A DNA stretch of 64,000 nucleotides from Eutreptiella sp. 'Long Island Sound 2002' (GCA_964036045.1 OZ038378.1:173352001-173416000); one strand, 5' to 3'; shown: positions 46,276 through 59,960, counted from the first letter of the stretch. Translations and numbers: made by a program. Notes: generated from the sequence alone by a model not told the origin.

Positions 46276-47034
46276 CTGCACAACAGGCGAGGCGTGGGCA
46301 GTGACTGGTATGCGAGTCCCGCATGCCGAGGCATCATACTGTTCTCACAACGCAGCTGCTTTGGATTGCTCAAGATGTCATTGAGTGTACTCGGGAGAAC
46401 CCCGGAGAAGGTCCATTTATGTACAGTACGGGTCCACCCAGAAACAATGCAGCTGCTTTGGATTGCAGGCCCTACCTTGCAGTGCCGTTCTCGATCGCTA
46501 CACATCTGCGGCGCCTGGTCATCCGTGCGGTGTAGCTGTCCACCGCGACGGACTGGCCGGATTATTGTTTTCTTCTTTTTTTTCAGCCACGGTTGTAAGC
46601 GACCCTGAAAACGATTGTTTGAGTTATTGAGAGATGTCGCGCTGGGACAGCTCCAGCGCAAGGATCCTGGATCGTGCATGTGAATATGTTCGAGTATGTA
46701 TGTTTGCAGTACCACGAAGCAAGGGGGGGGAGTCCGTGGCAAGTGGAAGCCCGTTGGAGCTTATGAGGGGGCTTGCAGACCGCGCGCATGGGAGCCACGG
46801 CCTTGAGGAATGTTCCCAGAAGATTCCGATGTTGGGGCAACTGAAGACGGCGCCGGCATCCTCAACCGCGGTGAAACGCCTGAGGCGGCCCACCAAAAAT
46901 GGAGACAGACGCACCCCGAGTCCATTCGCAGCCAGGATTTGGCGCTTGCATGTCGAAGCTGCTATGTTGGATCCTCCTGTGCTGCTTTGCGCGGCGGCCA
47001 TACTGTTTGTTTTGGGGTAATCAGCAACGCACAC

Positions 47035-48383
47035 CTGGTATGCAGAAGCGTCGACGCCAAGGAAGCTCAGCCGGTTGCCATCAGCCAACACCATGGGATC
47101 CAGCCCCAACGAAGTGCCACTGATAAGCGTGCCCTGGTCGTCGCTGATGGGCTGGTAGGCAAGCACAGAGAGGTCCACAAATGCGACCGCCACGTGCGTT
47201 TTGCCCATGATCATTGGCTGGGGGCTGGGTGGGGCATTAGTGAATGTCTGACGCACCTGTGTGCTGTACCGGGCAGGTTTGGCATCATAGACATCGCATA
47301 CATGCCGACCCGTGTCGGAACCATAGAACCACGCCACTTTGTCTTTGGTGGGTACTCTCAGGCGCCAGGCGACTTCAGGTGCTCTGAAATCAAACATCAA
47401 CTCCTTCCCACTCATGGTGAAGTATGTGACCACATTCCGCCAAGGCAACAATCTAGCGGTCTCATACTGTATCGAGAGTAGTGTGCCTGCTTGGACTTGT
47501 TGGGCTTCGGTCAGCTCAGATGCCAACCATCGCTCGCTGGTCAGGATTTCGGTGGCGAAATCTGGGAGCTGATTGCGAGGATCGTACCCGAGCTCCTCCA
47601 GCAGTTCCTGCAGCTCCGTGGACTCGGACAGCATGATTTCAAAGAGGGCGTTCACCGCGGCCACCGCAATATACCCTTCGTACACATCCTCATCTGCCTT
47701 GCCCAATCCCCTGTGCACCTTCCTCTCCTGCCCGCTTGCAGTCCCAAAGCCCTGGCCACTCCCACCTTCTGTGGCAAAATCCTTTCCAGCCGCTGTCCTT
47801 CTGCTTTTTCTTCCTTTCTTTGGCTGCTTTTTGTTCTTATTGTGTTTCTTTGATCCGCTGGTTGCCATGGTCGCAACGAAGCGCGGCTGCCCTGAGCCGC
47901 CCCACAGCCCCGGACGGACCGCTGCTGAGCTCGCATACCGGAGAAGCACGCAACATGCTCCTACCAACAATAGCATATCTTTGGAGGCTCGCTGGAGGCT
48001 GTCAGCCACTCGCAGGCCTACACTGACACCCAGAGCCTCTGCTCCATGTGGCTGTGCTGGCAGGCTTTCAGGCGATACAGCTCTGTAAGGCAGGCTTCTC
48101 TTCGTGGTGATACTTCTCCGCAGATGTCGCGGTGCTTTCTGGCGTGTTGGTTGCACATCCAACAGATTCGGTGGGCGCACGCGCAAGTCTACGGCACTCG
48201 AATGGCGGATGGCGAAAAGTGAAGGGCAGTCCTCGATGGCAACCGTCATGCTCCCAAGTGCCAGCACTAGTGAGAGACGCCAAGAGTGCAGGCCCAACGC
48301 TTGGCATTGTCCCGACGCGCCATCGCTGGTGGGCTTGGGTCCGCGTAGCGGAAGCTCTGCACATTGACCACACTGGTCCACAT
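47035..48383 (-). CDS. Exon 1 of the same gene, with class I euglenid-like plastid presequence (frameshift near 48274)
   Basis: Donor CAG|gtgtgc at 47035/47034. Open frame back to beyond 48270. ATG at 48383 reads MWTS..KRWACTLGVS then hits TAG, while the shifted frame continues LVLALGSMTVAI. Downstream in-frame ATGs at 47976 and 47868. Confidence 0.7.
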
Positions 48384-51300
48384 GGTTATGCCCCAGGCCC
48401 TGTGAAGCACAAAGGCTGCTGTGAGAGCGGCCGTGGCCTGAACGCACGTACACAGCACACGCACACATGCACACACATACCGCCCACTGCACCCATGCCG
48501 TGTGGTAGTGCGCTGTAGGACACCTCTGCACACTACACACTGCAGCAGTGTGGCAGTCTACGGACGGATGCCACTGCATGCCCCCCCCCCCCTACAGTGT
48601 GACAGTCTGCAGAAGGATACCCCTACGCACTGCCTACAGTGTGGCCATGTGCTGCAGACACCACTGCTCACTGCACCCCCGCACCCCTGCCGTGTGGCAG
48701 TGTGCAAAGGAACAGCACCACCCACTACACCCCTGTGATGTGGCAGCGTACAGAAAACCCCAGCACGGCGCAGAGCTGGCATCCAGGACCAGCCCTCGGG
48801 GCCACAGTGAGTTGCTGTCCCCCCCCACTGTACTCACTGTACTGCAGAAATGCGGGTGTGGAGGGTCTGTGCATGGGCGTGAACCACGCTTCTCAAGGCC
48901 TGACCCCGACCTTGGGGCACCATGGCGTGGGCCCTCCAAGAGCTGCGGCTCCACCAGCAGGCGGAGAGGCAAAGGGTGCACAGGGCGACTCCCTGCAGAC
49001 TGCTGCCAGACAAGCAATCAGGACTGCACAGGGAGCGCCAGTTCCGATTGGTAAAATATCCCAGTAACAGCGCCTTCGGAACACACACACATACACACAC
49101 ACACACACACACTCTCTCTCTCTCGGATGTGTCTGTTATGCCACACTCCTGGAACGCGCGTGACTGATTTTTGGAATAATCATCATTAATTTCCGGGACA
49201 AGCGCATTGCATGTAAGTCTGCACCAGACTGGGCCTGCTCTGATCCTTTCATAGAAGAAGAAGAAGACAAAAAATATCTCAATGCTCTGCCCAAAAGAAG
49301 CCATTTTGACCCAGATTGCACAAATTTTGCTGAAAAGGTGCACAAAAGTGTCCAACATCAGGATCAAGTGTTCACAATCCAGTCCTACCGCGGCTGATCA
49401 TTCAGCACTGTCCATTTATTGGCATAGGTAGCTGCCACAGTTCCGTAGCGCAGGGGGGGGGGGGGGGCCCAAAAGCACGGAGGAAACAAAGCAGCTCCAA
49501 AACCCCTACAGCATGATGGCTCCATGATAGTCCACCACCTCGCTTCTCAACGAAAGACACTGTCATAGGGGGAAAGGGGGAACGTTTGCCCGGCGCGCTA
49601 CCTTTGTAATAAGTATCTTATCTCTAGCCCCAGGTTTATCCTCATCTTGGGAAGTCCCCCAAGTAGGCCGCACTAGACCGCAAACCTTCCGTGCAAGGCA
49701 CCTTGCATAAGCCGAAATATGAGAATTCAACAACACAAAATGTCACACCCCTTCCAACCACCACCCTTGCCATCATCATAAACTGGGTGCAAAGAATGGG
49801 CCAAATTCTTGGACACGGCGAGAAGGTACTCTAAATTGGTGAGGTGGGGGCAAAAACAGGCACGGGTGGGGAATGGTAAAAGAAAAAAGATGCCCGCGCG
49901 CGCCCAGCGCGCTAATGCTCCCCCAGGGCCCTGCAGGATTTCGCTTGACCTCCTCCAATCCCAACCCTCTACGGCCAAAACGGCAGTTGTCTACAGCCCC
50001 AGACTCTGCCAACTGCTGTTGCAACAGCCAAAATCGCCACCTGCCGCTTGGCTTCTCAGTAGGGGCCCCTCTAGGACCCCTTTCCCTCAAGCGGTTCCAA
50101 AAAAATCGACCCCCCCCCCCCCCAACAGCTTCACTTCACAGCATCATGAGAGGAGCACATGTACTGTTTGGAGAAACCATGAGTGCTCTAGAATATGCGG
50201 TAAACAACATGTGAAGTGAATACAGCCGACTGTGGTTCCCTACCATCCCTCTTTGCAGCAGTAATTCCTGACATTACAAAAAGTGCCCAAAAGATGCTCT
50301 GTGCGCCGCCCGCACCGGAGGGTGCCAAATGGGGTGGGTGGGTCTTGCCCCCCACCCCCCCCACCACCACCAACTGATCCTGAGTTGTGGTTGGCGCCAA
50401 ATGTGCTGAAGAAAAATTTTTGCCCTAAATGGACCCTCGCCAAAGGCACTGGAGAAAATTTTTGTTGGCCAGAATAAATTTACAAAGGCCCCGAATAAAT
50501 GTACCCAATTACTTAAGTTGGGGGGGGGGGGTCCACCTCCCCCCACCTTTTGATATGATGGGCCTGCACCTCTGCCTTGGCTCCTGTTGTTTTTGCCAGA
50601 GAACAACCGCATTGCTGCGTTTTCAGTCAGACTCCCGCCCCTGGACTGCATCGTCACCCAAGAAAAACAACATTCATCTGGACCGATTCTCACGCAGAAA
50701 TGGCATGGGACACAAGGGCAAGCCAACAACTCATTGTGAGGCGCCCACTGTGACTGCAAAACCCCACTGTGTGGCGTCGCGACGCAATTGTGGAACGCGG
50801 CGCATGCTCCTCGGCACACTCCAGGATGCAGGCCTTCTCGGGCACCGCTTTATGCACACACGAGGGTCCCAAAACCTCAGCAGCAGATCTGTGACAACTT
50901 TAAGAGACACGATGACACCATGACCGCATGGTCTCATCTTGATGACCGCACAGACCAGTCCCAAAAACGGGGATGCCAGGATAGTGGCAGCAGTCTCCAT
51001 CGCCAAAAATTGCCCCTTAGCATTGATACGGTACCGTGAACTAACAGGCGTCGGTGGTCAGACGACCGCCAACCGCCGAAGCAGGTGCGGACAATTTCCT
51101 TGCTCAAGGAACAACAAGGAGACATCCTGTCCCTTTTGAAAACCCTTGGATCATGTACCAGGACAAGGGCATCGCTTGCAGCACGGCACGGCAATGGTCG
51201 CCACGCTCTCTGGACAATCATTGTTTCGAATGGTAAGCAGTGCAATTGGATATGTGTCAACGACCGGTGAATCGTCATGCCAAAGCGCAAAGTAACGCAC

Positions 51301-54300
51301 CTCAATCCTCACCCAAGCCATTATGTACAGGGACGCCCCATCTCTTGCGCGGTGGGGCTCGCGGAGGGGGTTTCCTTCACGATGCAATTAGGTGGTACAT
51401 GTGTTGAGGGGAAGGACATTTACCAGCGAATTGTCGACGTTAAAGGGCAACAAACCAACACAAAAAAGTGGGCTCGGCACATCCTCGAAACACAAATCTG
51501 CAACGGGAAAATGCACAGGGAACCCGCCGCCCTGCGCTCAAAGAAAAATCGGTGTGCACTGAAATGTTCATTGTTCAGGGTAAAGCTGGCCCTTGAAGAC
51601 TGAACCCACCGGCCTAAGGGTTATTTCTTTCATTGCGACGCCCGGATGGCGGATGGCCGAGGCGTACATAGGCATCATTCAGGCCATGCGTGAGCATGAG
51701 CTGAGGGATAGGCATCAGGAAGTAGGGCTTGGGAAGCACAAAGACTTTGCACTGCATGTGCACTGCCTGCAAACGCATCCCCTGGGTATATCTGCCGGCT
51801 TCCCCTTGTGCCTTTTTGGATCCCCCCTCCTGCGCAACTGCATCCAAAGCTACCAAACCTAACAGGACCACGGGGATCCTGCACTTAGACTGGCAGGTGG
51901 CATGTTTGGCCACCGTAATCGTCGGTGGGAGAGACTCTGCAGTACGTGTGGGCACTGCAGTCGCAAGTGCTCCCACACCATTGGAAGATGACACCCGAAG
52001 GAGCAAAAATTCAACCGAAAATCACGATATACGACCTGCAAAACTGAAACTTGAGCCGCAATACCGACATCCTGTCGGGGCAGCTGTTGCTATTACGAGC
52101 GCGCAATGCAGACCCTCTCTCACAGGAATCGCCAATGTCTTTCAAGATGCAGAGCTTATCATACGCCAGTGGCACGTACAAACAGGTGTGGGCGGATCAA
52201 AGGGTGGGCCTGACACAAGTACAGGGAATGGTCAAGGCGTCAGCTTCACAGAGGGATTGTTCTGTCAGGCTCCAAAGAAGTACCCAAAGCCCTCATTCCC
52301 TCCGCTTCTCTTGAGCCGCGCTGTCGCACTCCGTCAGGGGGCGAACTTCCTTTCGGCCTCGGCAATGGTGGAGGTCTGGCTCTCGAGGCAGTTCTGGAAA
52401 GGGCTTCTGGAGCACCCCTACGCCCCTTTGCATGACGGATTTCGTTTGCGCCGGCCCGATCATAAAAACGATTCGACATGCAGAGGAGGCATCCTTTGGG
52501 AAACGCGGCCGACTCAACATTGGCGAGCAACATGGTGAACCCTTTGCACGTTGAAGCATTTCGCCCAAACTTGGCTCAACACTACACCACCCTGCCGCGC
52601 CCCCCTGCCCCCACATCTTGGCTTGCGTTCCCCATGGGCGGCCCCGGAACGCAAATACAGGGAGCCAACACAAACAAATGTTTCCAGCCGCTCCCAACCC
52701 CTGCACCGCCCCACAACCCGCCCACACACCCGAATCCGCTCCAAACCCAACCAATCCGCTCCCCCCCCCCCCCTGCAACCCGCCTAACGCAGACCAATCA
52801 CCCTGAACCCACCAAACACCAAATACACCTCGAAGGCGACGAGCAAACACGGCTCCATTTCTTCCATCGTGAGGTCCCTCGCCCCCCTTTTTTCTTTGAT
52901 GGGAACATTCCGCCGGACAGATGAACAGAACAGAACCACCATCCACCCACTGCAGCCATCAGCTCTGCCCCTCTGACCAGCACAAGCCTCACCAACGCCT
53001 TTCAGCCGCTGCACAACCCCCTGCAATCTTGATCAAACCGTCTCAAGCCTCTGCACGGTCTCGACAGGGTGGCGGGACTTTATCGCCCTGCGCCGCCTGT
53101 CTGAAACATAAAAGCTGGTTTTCCTCGCATTCCTCCCTTATGAACATCATGCAATCGATGATCTATGGTCAACACACTCATGCCAAGCCACGGACAGTGA
53201 ATAACAATGGGCCAGCTTAACCCCGTTTTGTTCGGTCACTCATCAAAACTTCGAGGTACAATGCGCTCCTTTGCGATGGCGGGGCGGGGCATGCAGGCTC
53301 CAAAGCATTTCCCAGGCACCACCAACTGCCACATGGGCATGGGCGCGTCATTTGACCACCAACGCTTTAACCCCCTTCCACTTTATCACGTCCCTAGAAA
53401 ACGCCCAACAAAACGCGCCGCGCACATTTTCCTCCTGCAACTGCGCGCACCACAGCGCCGCCCTTTCCTAGAAATGGCCCTGATCATCTTCTGCCCCTCC
53501 CCCCCCCCGACCCCCTATTGCGGTGGGATGTGAGTACGCGGCTCTTGTGTGAGTTGCTTGTTGGTCGAGGTCACACGCGTCTCCTGGAGGTGGGGACGAG
53601 CAGGGCAGTGTTGTGGATGAGTGTGGAATGTTTGCCCCATTGCACACCCTTGGCATACTGCCCCTGTGGCAACCAGGCCTGTGCTTGAAGTGGGGGTGAT
53701 GCATCCCCTTCCCCTTCGGAACTGCGGGCCCGTTACGCCCCAAATGCTTCCGTTCGTCCGCGGCCGCTCTCCAACCGTTTTGTAACGGCCCGATCTTGTC
53801 CGCAACTGCGTTTTCAATCCTAGTAACCGGTTTCGACACCGCGCCGGAGGCTCCCTTTGGTCTCCTTCAAGCACAGGCCTGGCCTCGAACCACCACCCAC
53901 AATTCCCCGGGGGCTGTTGTGCAAGGGGTGTGGCTTCTTGAGAGAAGCAGCCTTGTAGCATGTGTGCCATGCGCACAATCAATTAGGAGGGTTAAAGATA
54001 CCAACGCAATCTGACGTGACGCCGTTAGAGGCTGGGAAGAATGGCACCAGCGGGGAATTGAAACAGATGACCTGCTGGACTCGGCCCAGCCAAACGTCAA
54101 GACGAGCCGGCTCCCCGGCAACCGCTGTCGGTTACCTGCCACCCGCCATTGCTTTGACAATCCTGCGCTGTGAGTTGGGTGCAACCCTCTGCCACCGAAA
54201 ACCTGAGGCTGTTCTCCGTAACGAAGACTTCTTTCAAAAACATAGCCTCGCCCCCTTTCCTACACTTGGCGCGCGGTGTAGTACTGTCGGGGCATGTACT

Positions 54301-55549
54301 GCCGGTCCATCTCTCCGCGGAACGCCTGCATCGACTCTCCCTGCTCCGCGCTTCCTGGGCGGTCGTGCAAGGGCCACAGCGGGCAATCAGCGTTCAGGGG
54401 CGCGTCCAGCAGCGGCAAGTCTGAAAGGATGGTCTGCAGGTCACCGTTCGCCGTCTGTGGGCTCAGGGGATCGAACTGCTGGAGTGCACGGGCCTCCTGC
54501 GGAGACACCAGCGGATGGGACTGCCTGGCCCACACAGATCAAGGTCCCATTGGCGAACAATCGCACCAGCACCGTATACATCGACCCACCTGCTTCCCAC
54601 CCCCAAAAATATCCGGCAAGAGGCCGGGGGGGGGGGGGGTTGCCAGAAAGGCTGAGTATGTGTGGTGGTTGGTACTTCCGGGTGTAGGCACTGGTCTTGG
54701 TTTTCAGGTTTTCAGGAGGGAATTGTCTGCATTGCTTGTCCACAGACGGCGGGGAAACGTTGTTGGGGGTGGGTGAGAGTGGGACAGTTGTCACTCTCTC
54801 ACCCTGCGGGACCCCTGATGCAGAAGCGACACTCGGTGCTCGACCCTCGGCGTGCTGCTGCTGCTCCACCAACTGCGGCCCTTGCCCCAACGGATGCGTC
54901 CTAAACGGGGGGTTTTTTCAGGCGCCCGGACGCACCTGAGACCGACCCCTGCCATTCTCGTGCTGCTGCCTGCACTGATGCCGAGAGGGTGGCGTGCACG
55001 GACTCCGGCACAGCGCCGCCCCCCTCCTGTCCCTTGCAAGTGCCGCGTCCGCCCACAGAGGTATACACCCCCCTCTCCCCCTTGCCCAACGACGGACGGA
55101 ATGCTTGGCCTGGTGGCCAGGCCCCCGAAGAAGGTGGGACGATGGGGGCTCTGTAGTTCAGGTCTAGACACCAACCCCCGCGGCGTGGGCGGGGGGGGGG
55201 GGGGAGAGGGGGTCAATTTTTCCCCATTTTGGGGGCATTTTTGAGTTCCCCGTTTCATTCTGAACATTTTGAATATACACAAGTGGGGTGAATTTTGGTT
55301 TTACCACTCACAGCAAATGAAAAATAGTACCCTATTCCAGCAGAGGTACACCCCAAGCAGCAAAGGCATCCCGGCTAGCAGAAGACGAGTGGCAACACCA
55401 AACAACTACAACTGGGTCCATGCTTTCGAATGTAGCGTCTTCATTCCATCCTTACAAACGGGGCCAAACATATATATGTCCATACATGCATGGGCCGTTG
55501 GCGCCATGCCCCCCAACCCACTAGAAATGACCCATGTGGGCCAAGTGCA

Positions 55550-56890
55550 AAATCACGTCGCAGAGGTTGTTAGATCAAAGCCAGGCAGGCGTGTATAGGG
55601 GAAAACGCCACATACCCCCCATTTTGGGCCTTTTTGGGCCTATTCGCGTACCCTACCCCAAAGGGTTGAATTGTTAGTGTAACCCCTTGTAAAATCATTA
55701 TTTTGTCCAATAAACGCATCCCCCAATGAGTTTTTGGTCCGGACGCCCCCAACCCCCCCCCCCCACTTGAAACCCACTTTTTTGAGGTTTTGAGGGAGGG
55801 GGGGGGTGGGGGGGGTGGGGGGGGGTCAAAAATGTCGAAAAAATGACCCCCCCCCCTTTTGTGGCTCGAAAATCATGAATCTTTTGGTTTTTTTCGATTT
55901 TGAGCCGAAAAAGTGTTTCCGGGTCCCAACTCCATGGGGTTTGTATGGGGCGGAGTGGGACAAGCGCTAATGCAGTTTATGCACTTTTCAGCCATTTTTG
56001 CTATGTTGGCGGTTTTGGCGACCTCGGTGACCCCGTGGTACCCACTCTGAGGGGTGTGAGTGGGGATGTTGTGACGATATATGCCTACTAGGATACGAAA
56101 GGACGTTTTTTGCAGTCTCTAGCTTTGCTGAGAGCCGGTGATAACCCATGCCAAAGACGCGAAATGACTGTTTCCACCAATAATGGCCTAGTGAATGGGC
56201 CGGTACACAACCTGCTTATGTAGTTTTTCACCCTGGGCAGCTCAAAAATCGAAGTTTTCGAAACTTATTTTTCTGATACCGTGATCACCTAAAATGACCA
56301 TCCAAGGTATGTAAAGCATGTTTTAGGCCGTATTTACGTGTTTTTCACCCTATTTGGGTATTAGGTCCAAGGGGGGGGGGTCTCCGAAAGGGATGGGTAC
56401 ACAACCTGCTTAAGCAGTTTTTCACCCTGGGCAGCTCAAAAATCGAAGTTTTCGAAACTTATTTTTCTGATACCGTGATCACTTAAAATGACCATCCAAG
56501 CTATGTAAAGCATGTTTTAGGCCCTATTTACGTGTTTTTCAGTCCCTCCTGGCCGCCGTGCAGGCACAGGCGGGGGGCCTGTAGGGGAGGACACGGGCGC
56601 CTGAACTCGACTCGGCCCACCTCCCCGCCCCTCTGCCTCTGTACATAGGCCAGTGGACGCTAATAAACGAATGCCCTATTTACGTGTTTTTCACCCTATT
56701 TGGGTATTAGGTCCGGGGGGGGGGGTCTCCGAAAGGGATGGGTACACAACCTGCTTAAGCAGTTTTTCACCCTGGGCAGCTCAAAAATCGATGTTTTCGA
56801 AACTTATTTTTCTGATACCGTGATCACTTAAAATGACCATCCAAGCTATGTAAAGCATGTTTTAGGCCGTATTTATGTCGTTTTTTCCCT
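55550..56890 (-). repeat. Reverse copy of the modular repeat family, with a ~195-bp unit repeated about 3 times
   Basis: Units start ggtacacaacctgctta at ~56202, 56396 and 56741. Reverse complement aligns with 24505-25900. Confidence 0.85.
56542..56672 (+). mobile_element. 131-bp insertion flanked by a 21-bp direct repeat (retroposed fragment)
   Basis: gccctatttacgtgtttttca at 56521-56541 and 56673-56693. GC-rich insert ending aataaacgaat. Confidence 0.65.
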
Positions 56891-57146
56891 ATTTTGTGTG
56901 TGCGTTGGGTGGAGTAGATTCTCTGCGAGGTGGACTTGCCGAAGGCAATAGAATTTGCGGGTTGGCAGTTCCAACCACATTCTAAATAGTATGGGCCGGG
57001 GGGGTCCAGAGGGGGGGGGGGGTGGGGTGGGGGGGGGGGGGGGGGGTTGGTGTCAGGCCTCACAGGCCAGCGCCCCCCGTGGGTGGGACAAGAAAGCAAA
57101 GCCCTTCCACCTACGAAAAGCCGGGCCTTGGGGATGGAACATGGGA

Positions 57147-57340
57147 CAGGGCGGTCCCTCGACAGTTGGAGGGAACGGACGCCGGTCGGAATGCAACACT
57201 GACGGCGGTTGGAGGGTGGCCGACGTCAGTTGTAGAAAAACCGACGGCGGTTTGACTGTAACTAGAACGGTCCCCAGGGGCAGTCCTTGATGCAAAAAGG
57301 GGAAAGCAAACAACTGTTCACTTCCTTGAGGACCGGCCTG
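57147..57340. mobile_element. Possible degenerate hAT-type MITE related to 17250-17482
   Basis: Imperfect TIR CAGGGCGGTCCCT/GAGGACCGGCCTG and ggcggttgg motifs. TSD weak (acatggga/acgtgctg). Confidence 0.4.
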
Positions 57341-57719
57341 ACGTGCTGACGTGAGAGCAGAGGGCAGGATCGGCCGAACGATGCCAAATTACGAGTGGCT
57401 GTACGCGAGGCCCGGGCCCAGGGCACAAGGGCAAGGAAGAAGCATCGAGCAACCATGCGCTCTGTGGGGGGCGTGGTGCGGGGGCCCTACGTCCATGGGA
57501 GGCCGGGTCCCCTCCGTCGAAGGACAAGCCCGTCGGACCACGCATCAGGGGACGAAAGGAGACACACACGTCAGCAGGTCCCCTTGAACAACCCCAAAGC
57601 CCCTGCGCACTTCTCTCACAACATTTGCTGCTTCTCTGCGCATCCGTCCCTCCTTGCCCCCCCATCCTCGGTCTCCTTCTGCCCTCAGCTCTTGCGCTCC
57701 CGCCCTCAGCCCTTCGGCA

Positions 57720-57874
57720 ACCTCGCCCGGGTGCAAGCACAATAAGGCGTTGACGGTGTCAGAAGAAATGTCGCCGAGAGGAACAGCATATTCTAAACAG
57801 ATTGAGTACAGCCTTGCTGCGGCTGACGTTGGGTTCGGCGCACTGTCCTTCATGATGATGAAGGTGTATGCATC
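57720..57874 (-). CDS. Candidate exon of a fourth, unidentified gene (3' boundary uncertain)
   Basis: gtgtgctccag|GAT, phase 0. DAYTFIIMKDSAPNPTSAAARLYSICLEYAVPLGDISSDTVNALLCLHPGE. Confidence 0.35.
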
Positions 57875-59331
57875 CTGGAGCACACGAAATGCAGCGGAGC
57901 GTGTTACATGTGTATCATGCAGATATTGGGGAGGTTACCTCCGCCTGCACAACAATGCACCCCAACCCTCTTAAAACCCCCTGCAACTCCTGATGCCCTT
58001 CTACAACCCTCCGCCACCCTCCATACCCACCGCGACCTGTGTTGTGGTGTCACGTGTTGTGCCGTGTTGTGCCGTGTTGTGTTGTTGTTGCTGTGGTGTG
58101 TGTAGCGTTGTGGTGTATTGTGGTGTTGTTTTTTGTGCTGTTGTGTCTCTACAAACGCGTACAGCTTTCTGCACAACCCCTTGACAACCGCACAATCCAG
58201 AACCCTGCGGAGACTCCCGCAGCCCTCTACAATGCTCTACAGGGCTAGAGAAACTTGAAATGGCACAAAAGGGGAGTGCTTCGAGCCCCGATTCCGGATT
58301 CCCCTTCTCTACCTCCAGTTTGTGCCACCTGGTTTTACAAACAACATTTCACCCGCAATAGATGCCAATGTCCTGCATGTCAGCACCACGCGCTCAACCC
58401 CATTTCACACACCACTTTCTGCCCCACAACCTCACCCTTGCGCCAAAAGGTCTTGGTTCCACCTCTAGTTGGTTTACTACTGTTAAACCCGGCGAGCAAC
58501 ACAGTTTCATTCGTTCTCTTGTCCCCACTTCTTTGAGCAATGCCTTCTACACCTACAAGAAAAATCAATCGAATGTTGACAAGAAGTCTACTGTGGTTCA
58601 AAGTTCCCCTGCACTATCATAAGCATGGGCGACCACACAGCAGTCTATCTGCTACCGCTGGCCCCGGTTCGGCTGACACCCCCCCCCCCCTGAAGCACCC
58701 GACAACATGACCCGGCTGAACCAATATTGAGAGGGGGAGGGCCTGTCAGAGCCAATTTCATGTCATAGCCAAAGGTCAGCCACTGCCGACACCTACAGGC
58801 GGTTCTCCGCGGGCCCAAGCAGTGGTTTTCGGGAACGTTAGGTGTGCAATGGCCTTTCAGATTGTTAATAGCTCCGTACACTGGCTTTGAAAAATCCTGG
58901 TCCGTCCCATGTTGGGGTTGTTTTCCCTGTCATACTGGGTGTGTGTGTGGAATGTTGATTCCCCGATCACCCGTGTGGGAAATTGTGACACAGGGCCAGG
59001 GGTTCCTGGACCGAACATCACCAAATATTACCAACCAGCGGTGCACTGCAACTCCAGACATTTTGCCCGTAGTGTTCCTTGATGGGGGGCAGAGCCCCGA
59101 GAAGACCTTTGTTGACCAATTGCCAATGATTAATACAGACAGCTTGAATGGAGGAGGGTCTCACAGGAATGAACCAGGGCAAGTAAAAGACCTGACGCAC
59201 CAACCAAATGCCACACCACCAATGCACTCGGCTCCATGCCGCATCCCTGCCCTCCTCCCGTCTTTCCTCTCTCTATCCCTCTCTCCGTCTCCCCCTCCCT
59301 CCTTGCATCTTTCCCCGCTTTCTTACAATAC

Positions 59332-59502
59332 CTCTAAGTCCTCGTGCGGCACGGGATCCCAATTGCTGTGAATTGGCGTATATTCAGGCCAGACCGATGA
59401 CTGGAAGGGCAAGACGTGCACCAGCCGCAGCTGCACGGGGCCCAGCAGCCGCGATAAATTCCACTTGCGGAAGTAAGAGTGGTCCCGCATAGTCACCAGG
59501 AT
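59332..59502 (-). CDS. Candidate exon of a fourth, unidentified gene
   Basis: gccgttttctcgcag|ATC ... GAG|gtattg, 57 codons, phase 0-0 (ILVTMRDHSYFRKWNLSRLLGPVQLRLVHVLPFQ...). Confidence 0.5.
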
Positions 59503-59779
59503 CTGCGAGAAAACGGCGGTTGCGGAATTTGGGTCACGGGCAAGATCCTCTATGCAGGCCACACCACTAAGACCTAAGACCACAGAGGCCATGCTAAGGG
59601 GAAGGGGGGGGAAGGGGAAAAAATCATGCCATATGCCACATCTGCACAATGATCAGGACTGGGTGTGCTAGTGTATGTCAGCTGGCCAGGCTCTCCTCTC
59701 TAGTAGGGCCATCCGTCGTGGAGAAACAGAAAAACTGTTCTGCTACGCTTCAGAGTCTCAGTTGTGCCTTGAGCACGCG

Positions 59780-59960
59780 TACCATACCAACCACACCACA
59801 CCACACCACACCACACCACACCACACCACACCACACTACACCACACCACACCACACCACACCACACCACACTACACCACACCACACTACACCACACCACA
59901 CCACACCACACCACACCACACCACACCACACCATACCATACCGTATCGTACCACGTATCA
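59780..59960. repeat. (CACCA/TACCA)n pentamer microsatellite
   Basis: Read directly. A degenerate relative lies at 60500-60800. Confidence 0.95.

Noticed and set aside
50900-52560. Cluster of medium ORFs (up to 269 aa), possibly a decayed transposase
   Set aside because: No recognisable catalytic motif or termini.
55159-57061. 1.9-kb element bounded by CAGGTCTAGACACCAACCCC / GGGGTTGGTGTCAGGCCTC
   Set aside because: TIR is imperfect and the flanks (ctgtagtt / acaggcca) give no TSD, so these may be ends of two unrelated MITEs.
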